From: Burkholderiaceae bacterium
GTDB taxonomy: Bacteria; Pseudomonadota; Gammaproteobacteria; Burkholderiales; Burkholderiaceae_E
Direction: 5' to 3'
DNA: 64,000 bases
Assembly: GCA_041396585.1 (NCBI GenBank)
Contig: JAWKYG010000007.1
Location: 39,318 to 103,317, forward strand
Positions 28,269 to 36,295 of this stretch are shown in pieces (the first letter of the stretch is position 1; every line of letters begins with the position of its first letter). The notes beneath the pieces are model-generated. The model was not told the DNA's origin and searched no databases. It saw only the letters and a program-made list of their open reading frames with translations. The translations under genes and the position numbers were made by a program.

Positions 28269-28661
28269 ATGCCACTGGAGCACAAAGATTTCGCCGAACT
28301 ACGCCACTCGATCGAGCACCGCCGGGCGCAGCTTGGCCGTGAGCTGCGTGAAGATGTCGAGCGGGTGAGCAAAGAATCGTATGGAGCCCTGAAGGGCGAG
28401 GTGGCCGACCCCGGGGACGAAGCGCTTGCCGATGTGATGGCCGACACACGGCAGGCCGAACTATCACGAGATATTGAGGAGATGCGGGCGTTGGACGCTG
28501 CCTTGGAGCGTATGCTGCATGGTGAGTACGGCCAGTGCCTGGAGTGTGGTCAGGACATTGCCCTTGCGCGCTTGCGCGTCGAACCCGCGGCGTCCAGGTG
28601 CATCGGCTGTCAGGAAAGCCACGAGCGTCGGTTTGCGCAACCCGGTCGAGCCCGCCTCTGA
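28269..28661 (+). CDS. DksA/TraR-family C4 zinc-finger protein
   Basis: Internal Met of ORF 28224..28661 begins MPLEHKDFAELRHSIEHRRAQL.... It has a coiled-coil region followed by the four-Cys finger CLECGQDIALARLRVEPAASRCIGC. Confidence 0.8.
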   Translation: MPLEHKDFAELRHSIEHRRAQLGRELREDVERVSKESYGALKGEVADPGDEALADVMADTRQAELSRDIEEMRALDAALERMLHGEYGQCLECGQDIALARLRVEPAASRCIGCQESHERRFAQPGRARL

Positions 28662-28703
28662 GGGCGGGTCATCCCAACGCATTTCATTTTACGGACAGCC
28701 ACG

Positions 28704-29237
28704 ATGCAGGTACCCCTTCAGATCACTTTCCGTCACATGGATCACAGCGACGCGCTGGAGAGCAACATCCGTGAATGGGCCGAGCGCATGGATAAGGTGT
28801 TTCCGAATCTGACCAGCTGTCGGGTCGTGCTCGAAGAGGAGTCGAGCCACAAACATCAGGGCAACCGCTACATCGTGCATCTGGATGTGCATGCGCCGGG
28901 TCATGAGTTCGCGGTCAACCGACACCGCGACGAGGATCCGTATGTGGCCGTGCGCGATGCCTTCAATGCCGCCTTGCGCAAGCTCGATGATCTGTCACGC
29001 CAGATGCGCGGTGATGTGAAGACCCATTCCCCGACCCTGTCGGGCGAGGTGGCCCGCCTGAACGCCGATGATGGCTACGGCTTCATCGTCACGCCAGACG
29101 GGCGCGAGCTCTATTTTGCGGCCGAGAACCTGGTGAATACGGCATTCGATTCGCTCGCGCCAGGCACCTTCGTGCACTTCATCGAAGAGGTTGCGGCCGA
29201 GGGTTTCCAGGCCAAGCGGGTCAGCGTGCCCGGCTGA
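28704..29237 (+). CDS. HPF/RaiA-like ribosome-associated domain fused to a cold-shock-like (OB) domain
   Basis: 177-aa ORF. The N-terminus (MQVPLQITFRHMDHSDALESNIREWAERMDKVFPNLTSCRVVLE...) resembles the HPF/YfiA fold. The C-terminus (GEVARLNADDGYGFIVTPDGRELYFAAENL...GTFVHFIEE...GFQAKRVSV) resembles a CSD. Confidence 0.7.
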   Translation: MQVPLQITFRHMDHSDALESNIREWAERMDKVFPNLTSCRVVLEEESSHKHQGNRYIVHLDVHAPGHEFAVNRHRDEDPYVAVRDAFNAALRKLDDLSRQMRGDVKTHSPTLSGEVARLNADDGYGFIVTPDGRELYFAAENLVNTAFDSLAPGTFVHFIEEVAAEGFQAKRVSVPG

Positions 29238-29307
29238 ACACCCGTGTTCGAGGCGTGTGCGCGGGCCGGAAGCCACTTGGTGGCAATGCCGGCGCCCTGA
29301 GATGTCT

Positions 29308-31187
29308 TCAGTGCACGATGTTCCCCCGGCTTGCGGCGTCAGCAGCTCTGTATCCGGTGCACACCGAACACCGGCATCGGTGTGCCGTAGACACCGCAAA
29401 ATGGCTCTTCCAGCCGTGGCTCGGCGCTTTGAACACCGAGTCTATGCCCTCGACCCGGTAGCCGAGCGCGTTGCGCACGGATTCGGAGAACTCCAGGTGG
29501 GTCAGGCGGTTGACGAACGAGCGGCTCTCTTCGCTCAATGTGCGCTGCAATGACGGGTTGCGCGAGCAGCATCATTGGCACGGCATACTCGGGCCTGCTG
29601 ACCTCGTCGCCCGCCATGCAGTGGGTGTTGCGCCCCTGAAAATCCTGACCATGATCGGCGGTATAGAACACCAGGGTGTCGTCATCGATGAAGCCGGCCA
29701 AGCGCTCGAGGAACTGTGTCGAGTTGCGGCGCACCGATAGCCGGTAGTCGGTGAGACGGTCACCGCTGCGCTCGGCGGGATGCAGGCTTCGGCGGTAGGG
29801 GAAGTGCGTGCCGGCCTTATTGATCAGCATGAACACCTTGTCCTGGGCAAGTCTGCCCGCGTCGCGGCCGATTAGGGCCTCGATGTGCAGTAGCGAGGTG
29901 CTGTCTCGCAGATACTGCGGCACGCTGGTTTCGATCACCTGATCGACATGACTGAGCTCGTCGGCATCGAAGTAGTTCTTGGTCGAGGGATCATGCAGGA
30001 CGCGCTGGTTATCCACGTATATGGTTCTGAAGCCGGCCCGGCGCGCCAGCGAGAACAGGCTTTCCACCCTGAAGACTTTCGTACTTTGCACCGATTCGCC
30101 GCGAAGCCAGCCCCCCTTGCGAAGGACGTAGTTCGAGGCGGCTGAACAGTTGGCCGCGGAGTACGCGCGCCCGTAGTCGATCACGGCATCGGCTGCCGGC
30201 TTCGCGCGCGCCATTTCCTCGTAGGTGATCGACTCGTCGATGATCACGACGATCTTGGTGGCTCGTGATGCGCCGGTGGTGGCGATCGACAGCAGTGCCG
30301 GGTCGAGGTGATTGATTCCGTCATTGATCTTCAGACTCAGGCTTCCGAAGGCATAAGAGAATCCGCGCGGAAAGCCGATCAAGACATCCTCGCCCTTGGT
30401 CAGAGCAGGCCGAGATACATCGTGAGCATGGCGGCCACGCACGTTTGAAAAAGACTGCCACGGCGCGCCGATGGTGAGTAACGAAGCCGAGTCTCAGACC
30501 GCGATTGCCGGGGGTGTGAAATAGGAGCAGGCTCAGCGAGACACCGATCAACACCGATGCAAGATGTTCGTCGACCGCATCGGAGGCATGGTCCATGGCC
30601 GTGTTCAGGACACTGATATTGCTCAGGCTGGCCGGGTGGCCCAGCACGAACAGGATGCTCAGGTCGATGGCGCTCAGCAGAAACAACACCGTCAGCAGTG
30701 TCAACGCGATGGGCCGTCGCATCGCCAGAGTCGACAGGATCGCGATGATCGCGAGCAGGTGCGGTACCAGGAAGATGAACTGCTTGAAGTGCTCGAGCCA
30801 GCCCCGTCCGCCCTGCACATTGATACCGATCCGATTCAGCTGGGTGAGGATGTCAAAGCCATCGACAGCGAAAAAGGCGATCGCTATCCACGCGCAAGCT
30901 GCGCCGCCACGCGGTCCTGCCCCCCGCCGATGCTGTGCTTCGGCGGGCAGCATGGTCGGATCGGCTGATTGCCGGCCGATCGCGTCGGAATGTCCTGGGA
31001 CGGCGAGATGGACATGCGTGCGCAAGGGCGGTTGTGAATCGGAGAGCGTGACTGGTTGGTTTGCAGGGAGAACCATGCCTGCCATGGGGAGAGGCGGCCA
31101 GGAATAAGCGCACATCGCTAGCAGGCTGTATATGGATTCCCACCAGATAGCAAGAGACGGTCGTTGATTGGCGTCTTGGGTTCGCAT
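29308..31187 (-). pseudogene. membrane-anchored sulfatase-family (phosphoethanolamine-transferase-like) protein, at least 2 frameshifts
   Basis: ORF 30321..31328 supplies about five TM helices (AWIAIAFFAVDGFDIL, FIFLVPHLLAIIAILSTLAM, IALTLLTVLFLLSAIDLSILFVL ...). ORF 29339..30442 supplies the sulfatase domain (KIVVIIDESITYEEM, FMLINKAGTHFPY, LVFYTADHGQDF). The tail continues in ORF 29308..29550. GC is visibly lower than the surroundings. Confidence 0.6.
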
Positions 31188-31384
31188 GCAGCCGTATATC
31201 CGGCAACTGAGTTGGACCGATCGCAGGGTCCGTGCCGACATGGAATCTGCCAACCCGGCGCCAATCGTTGAAGCGGCCTTGTGAGGGCCGAAGCTGCTAC
31301 CGGCGATGACGGGTTGTGGTGCGACCAAGGTGCCATGATGGGCGAGTCGTCTTTGCGTAACGCGTGGTGGGGGTACTGGTGAAG

Positions 31385-32479
31385 TTAATGAGCCAGCACG
31401 GGGTGCTGGGTGTTCGTAATCGGTGTGCTCAACTCCTCGGCATGGTGCTCACGATAAGGTTGTTGATCACGCAGCACCGCAAAGCACACACGGGCGAGCT
31501 TGCTGGCCACGGCGCAGCCGGCCTTGTTGGCGTGAGCACCGACGCTGGATGTTTTGCCCCCAGTGCCTGATTGGTCCGGGCTGCTGGCCTCTGTTCGTTC
31601 GCAGCGTTGCTGATCGCAGCACGGCCCGTGCGCCGTGCACGAGTAGCATGCGCAGGTACTTGTCGCCGCGCTTTACTGATGCGCGCCCCAGGCGTTGCCG
31701 ATTGCCCGAGGAGTGTTCCCTGGGAGTAAGCCTCAGCCATGAGGCGAAGTGACGCGCGCTGCTGAAGTGGCTGACTGACCCTGCGTAGCGGCCACCATGG
31801 CCGTGGCGGTGATCAGCCCCACACCAGGCATTACTCATCAAATCCTGGCAGGCCGAGGACTGACGCGCCAGCCTGCCCAGGTCGTGCTCCAGTCGGTCGA
31901 TCCGATCCTCGAGTTGTTTGATCTCGAGCACCAGCCTAACCAAGGTGGGCCGGATCAGCGCACCGACCGAGCTTTGCGGGTCGCGCAGCACGCCAGCGAT
32001 GCTCGAGCCCGCGACGTGCACCCCTACCGGAACATCGATCCCGAACTCGCGGCAGATCCCGCAGCGCGTTGATACGTGCGCCGTGCGCGCGGCTACCCAC
32101 TGCTGGCGAACTCACGCAGCTTCGGCAGTGACTGCTGCTCCACGGACTTGATCGGCACCGAGCAGATGGTCATGCGGCACGATTGGCCTCGAGCATGCCC
32201 GCCGTATCGCCGCATCGTGCTTGCTGCGCCGCACGTAGGGGCGAACATACTGCGGCGGCAGCAGCCGAACTGAGTGACCTTGAGCCGCGAGCCTGCGGCC
32301 CCAGTAGTGGGCCGAGCCGCAAGCCTCCATCACGATCTTACCGACCTCGCGATTGTGGAAGAAACGCTCGAACTGCGAGCGATTCAGCCGCTTGCGTGGC
32401 TACGATCCGATGATGCCATCGGCGATCGCAAGCTGAAAACGTTCTTGGCCAAATCCACGGCAACGGTTGTAGCATTCAT
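31385..32479 (-). pseudogene. IS110-family DEDD recombinase/transposase, frameshifts plus an in-frame TAG
   Basis: My translation from the ATG at 32479 gives MNATTVAVDLAKNV, a frameshift, FQLAIADGIIGS, a TAG, then PRKRLNRSQFERFFHNREVGKIVMEACGSAHYWGRRLAAQGHSVRLLPPQYVRPYVRRSKHDAA. The C-terminal IS116/IS110/IS902 domain reads FSSARHFASWLRLTPREHSSGNRQRLGRASVKRGDKYLRMLLVHGARAVL. The tail NKAGCAVASKLARVCFAVLRDQQPY is in yet another frame, with the stop at 31385. RBS GGGAG lies 6 nt before the ATG. Confidence 0.8.
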
Positions 32480-32581
32480 CTCGACTCCCTTGTTTGGTTG
32501 ACAGCCGACTGCACTTCCACGCGCATTTGCCGGCTTGGCACGATGATGCCGAATAACGGGCGGAGGGAGTCCATCCCATCA

Positions 32582-32833
32582 TTGAAATACCTCGCGAGCC
32601 CATGACGGCGCTCTGGCGTGATGAGTTATGAGGCGCATGAAGGGTCTGTATCGGGGATACAGACCCTTCATGCCAACGATGTGGATCGCGCGCCAGGCGC
32701 CGCCCTACGGGTTCACTCGGCGAAACGGGCTGGCCGCGTTGCCGAACCCGCCCCGTATCCCCGATACGGGGCGGAACCGGCGCCTTGCCAGACCGTTTCG
32801 GCGAGTGAATCATGGGCTCGTGAGGTATTTCAA
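32582..32833 (-). ncRNA. candidate IS110 bridge/guide RNA: 252-nt two-armed structure (alternative: MITE-like palindromic element)
   Basis: Hand-folded.
- Closing helix: 32582-32605 pairs with 32810-32833 (24 bp, 1 mismatch).
- Arm 1: stem 32606-32618/32691-32702 (12 bp plus a bulge), internal loop of 17 and 18 nt, and a perfect 17-bp hairpin at 32636-32672.
- Arm 2: stem 32712-32734/32787-32809 (21 bp, 2 mismatches), internal loop of 13 and 12 nt, and a 12-bp hairpin at 32748-32774.
The element lies 100-350 nt upstream of the IS110 recombinase ATG. The strand is assigned by analogy with the recombinase. Confidence 0.4.
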
Positions 32834-33040
32834 CAGCCTGCTACTGCACGGCAGCCACGGTGCGCAACGCTGGAACAACCGACGTTCACACCGGGAGTGT
32901 TCGAACCTCAGTGCCAAATAGTTCCGCTTCTCATGAACCCGGCTCTGAAAGAATCTTCGCTGGCCGGTGATGACCGGAACGGGGATTCCAGAGAAGACAT
33001 GGCCGGGAAACGCCCAATGGCACCCGCTGGCGATTGGCCC

Positions 33041-34400
33041 ATGCCATCGTCCGCCACAAATCAGCCGCTGCTCTTTCGCGATGATGCGCACTCGCGTCAT
33101 GCGCGGGAGCCGCTGCATGTGACGGTCACGGTCGAACGCCGTGGGCAGGCGCGCAACGACGGCTCTCCGCGAATCCTGGTGGTGGTGACCAATGCGGATT
33201 TGGCCGGCGCGCCCTCGCACGTCCGCGATCTTGTGCTGTCCCTCAGGCGGCGCTTCAGTATCGTGGTTGCCTTTGGCGAGCAGGGACCGATCAAGGATCT
33301 GCTCGCGCTTGAGGGCATCGAGACCCATCTTCTGCCGCGACTGGCCAGCAGGATCTCGCCACTGGCCGACCTCCAGACCATCGTATCGCTTGTGGCCTTG
33401 ATTCGGTCGACCAGGGCGGAGTTGGTTCATGCACACAGTACCAAGGCCGGCATGGTCGCGCGGCTGGCCGGCGTGCTCGCCAGGGTTCCCGTCCTGTTCA
33501 CGATCCATGGATGGGGCTTCGGTATTGGCAGGCCGCGCCGACAGAGCCGCTTTGTCTGGTTGACCGAGCGTGTGCTGGCGCCGATCGGCTCGCGCTATGT
33601 CACCGTATCGCAGGCGGATGCCGATGTCGCGCGCGATGCCTTCGGCTTGCAACCTCCGCGGATGGTCGTCATCCACAATGGCGTGGTCGATGATCCGAAG
33701 CGCGCCGACCCGGCGAGCGCTCAGGGTATCGCGATGGTCGCCCGGGTCGACTATTCGAAGGACTATGAGACGGCCCTGTCGGCGTTCTCGCAGTTGCGTG
33801 CCGATGCCACATTCACCTGCATTGGCGCCGGAACGGATCAGGAGGATTTCATACGGGCCGGTGAGCGATGGGCCGGCGAAGCGCGTTCACGTGTGCGATT
33901 CGCCGGCGTGACCACCGATGTAGCCGGACACCTGGCCGCTGCCGCCAGGCCGTGTTCGTGCTGGTGTCACGCTACGAAGGTCTGCCCCTTGTCGATCATC
34001 GAGGCGATGCGGGCGGGGTTGCCGGTGGTGGCGACCGACGCCGGTGGCGCGCGAGCTGATCGCACACGAAGAAACCGGCCTGCTGGCCTGGATCGGTGCC
34101 GTGGAGGCGTTGCGCGACGCCCTGCAGCGTCTCGTCGATGATCCTGGGCTCCGGGCCCGACTGGGCCGGGCCGCGCGCGTCCGCTATGAGCGCGAGTTCA
34201 CGATCGGCCCCATGTGCGACAAGATCGCCGAACTCTACTGGCAGATGCTGGCCGAACGGCCGCGGGGCGGTGGAGCCGGCGTTCACCGGTCGGCATCGGT
34301 TCCGCCCAGACGGGTCGCCCGTTGGCATGAGCGCCGAAAGCGTGGGGCCGCCAGCGGTGGTTGTTGCTCGTTTCCGGGCTCGGCGTGGGCGGGGCCGTAG
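33041..34400 (+). pseudogene. GT4-family glycosyltransferase, about 3 indels near the C-terminal domain
   Basis: ORF 32618..34141 reads RILVVVTNADLAGAPSHVRDLVLSL...VHAHSTKAGMVARLAG...VIHNGVVD. The conserved QAVFVLVSRYEGLPL is out of frame (ORF 33868..34059). SIIEAMRAGLPVVATDAGGAR returns to frame, and ELIAHEETGLLA...RARLGRAARVRYEREF is in a third frame (34044..34400). The start is uncertain (Met codons at 32999, 33017, 33041; GTG at 33117). Confidence 0.7.
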
Positions 34401-35429
34401 GAACGCCTTACCCTGCAACTGGGACGAGGGCTGGTCGAGCGCGGCTGGCGTGCGATCGTCGTCGGGGCTCGAGACCGATGTCGAGCTGCTGCAGCAGTTC
34501 GACACAGGGGGCTTGTGGTGCGTGCGCTGAACATGACTCGACGACCACGGATGACTCTGCGCGGGCTGCGCGAAAATCCGCCCGCATCGTGCGTGGAGAA
34601 AGACCGTTTGATCAGTGCATCTGTTTCACAGCCTGCGGTGAGCTATCTTCTGCGACCGCGATCGCCGCGCATCCGGGTCGTATTTACCAGCCACAACCAG
34701 CGGGGTTCGTCCCGTGGCGCGCGCTGGCCCTGTGCCTGACCCGCCTCGCTGCGTCATGCCGACGTATTGTTCGGCCGTGATCAGCACCCGGGATTGAATT
34801 CGCGCACCAGTGTTGTCATTCCGAATGGCGTCGAGACCGATTCCATGAGCCTGCAGCGGCGGCTGCCGACCCCTGCAGAGCCCACCCGGTTTCTGTATCT
34901 CGGCCGCCTGACACCGGAGAAGAATGTCGATCTTCTGATCCGTGCCATTGGTGAGATCGAGTCACGGCAGGGCGATATGGATCCCGCCTCGCTCGGTGCC
35001 GCGGAACTCTGGATCGCCGGGGACGGGCCCGAACGGGCGCGTCTGGAGCGGCTGGTTGCGCAGGCGGGCCTGCAAGAACGTGTGCGCTTCCTGGGCATGC
35101 AGTCCCGAATTCGTCCACTGTTCGAGCATTGCCAGGCGCTGGTGATGGCCTCCGACTACGAGGGGCTGCCAATGGCGGTATTGGAGGCGGGTGCGAGCGC
35201 GATGCCTGTCATCGCGCCGCCAGTGGGCGGCTTGCCCGCCGTACTCGACGACGGGTGCGGCTATCTGGTCGAATCGCCTTCGCTTGCCGAGGCCATGTTG
35301 CGGGTCATGCGCGATCCCGTGGCCAGCCAGCAGGTTGGAGCACGCTTGCGCGCACGGGTCGAGTCTCGGTTCAGTATGCGCCATTGTCTGGATCGACACA
35401 TCGAACTCTATCAGGCGGTGCTGCGATGA
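34327..35429 (+). pseudogene. GT4-family glycosyltransferase, N-terminal half riddled with frameshifts, C-terminal half intact
   Basis: N-terminal motifs are scattered over three frames. They include LLVSGLGVGGA, ERLTLQLGRGLVERGWRAIVVG, VVRALNMTRRPRMTLRGLR, KSARIVRGERP, RIRVVFTSHNQ and ALALCLTRLAA. The intact ORF 34767..35429 reads VVIPNGVETD...FLYLGRLTPEKNVDLLI...VMASDYEGLPMAVLEAGASAMPVIAPPVGGLPAVL. Confidence 0.65.
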
Positions 35430-36295
35430 TGAGCGCCAAGACATGTCTGATCGATCTCGGCCCGTCCGAATGCACGACGGCGATCGCACTTCTGCGGGAG
35501 GGCTTCCCACAGGTGTCGAGCGGGCTCTGGAAGCGCGGCTTCGAGCGATTGAGACAGCATCCACCGCCCGGTGGGAGCGGGCGCGATGGGCAGTTGCTGC
35601 TGGTCGACGGGGAGGTGGCCGGGCTTTCGCTGGAGATCTCCAGCAGGCGCGAAGACGGTGACTCGGGCCGGCAGGTCGTGAATCTGTCGAGTTGGTATGT
35701 GCGCCCGCAGGCGCGCGCGCGCGCTTTATGGATGCTCAGCGCGCTGAGCCGGCGCCAGGATGTGACCATCACCGATCTGAGTGCCACCACTGGCGTTGCA
35801 CGCATGTTGCCGGCGCTCGGATACAGGACGATCAGCCATCAGATCCTCTGCCTGCCACTGTTGCTTCTGGCGCGCGGGGCACGCGGTTCGGCGCGCGTGC
35901 TGGATGCCGACACGGCCTTGCAGGCCAGCGTCGGGCATCCGCTGCACGCGGCGTTTACGGATCATCGCGCATTGGGCTGTCTGGTCAATGGGATCGAGCT
36001 TTCCGGGCGGCTGATGCCGCTGGTCTGGCGGCCAAAGCGTCGCATGGGTGTGCTGAGAACCGTCGAGCTGATTTATGCAGAGTCGCTGGAGGAAGTCCTG
36101 GTCAATCTGCCCGTGCTCGCCAGAGCCTTGTTGTCGCAGGGCTATCTGATTGCCGAGGTTGGTGCTCCTGAGACCACGGTGGTCGATTTTTCGTGCCTGC
36201 CTTACTTTCGGCGTCGCTTTGCGAAGGGGCCTTACCCGGCTGGCGCGATCGACTACCTGTACTCCGAGTTCGTCTACTTCGGATTCGGCCGATGA
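35426..36295 (+). CDS. hypothetical protein (possible GNAT-like acyltransferase fold; weak)
   Basis: Internal ATG of ORF 35129..36295, overlapping the upstream stop (ATGATGA at 35426-35432). It begins MMSAKTCLIDLGPSECTTAIALLREGFPQV...VVNLSSWYVRPQARARALWMLSAL.... I recognise no firm motif. Confidence 0.5.
   Translation: MMSAKTCLIDLGPSECTTAIALLREGFPQVSSGLWKRGFERLRQHPPPGGSGRDGQLLLVDGEVAGLSLEISSRREDGDSGRQVVNLSSWYVRPQARARALWMLSALSRRQDVTITDLSATTGVARMLPALGYRTISHQILCLPLLLLARGARGSARVLDADTALQASVGHPLHAAFTDHRALGCLVNGIELSGRLMPLVWRPKRRMGVLRTVELIYAESLEEVLVNLPVLARALLSQGYLIAEVGAPETTVVDFSCLPYFRRRFAKGPYPAGAIDYLYSEFVYFGFGR

Larger units (their letters stand above)
31330..32850 (-). mobile_element. degraded IS110-family insertion sequence (boundaries approximate)
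   Basis: Contains the recombinase pseudogene (31385..32479) and about 370 bp of upstream non-coding left end. IS110 elements lack classical terminal inverted repeats, so the ends cannot be fixed from this single copy. Confidence 0.45.

Noticed and set aside
32618-33000. N-terminal 120-140 aa of ORF 32618..34141, plus ORFs 32628..32921 and 32400..32813
   Set aside because: These are translations of the palindromic IS110 left-end element. Opposite strands give mirror peptides such as EGSVSGIQTLHA and EGSVSPIQTLHA. The glycosyltransferase homology only begins near 33160.
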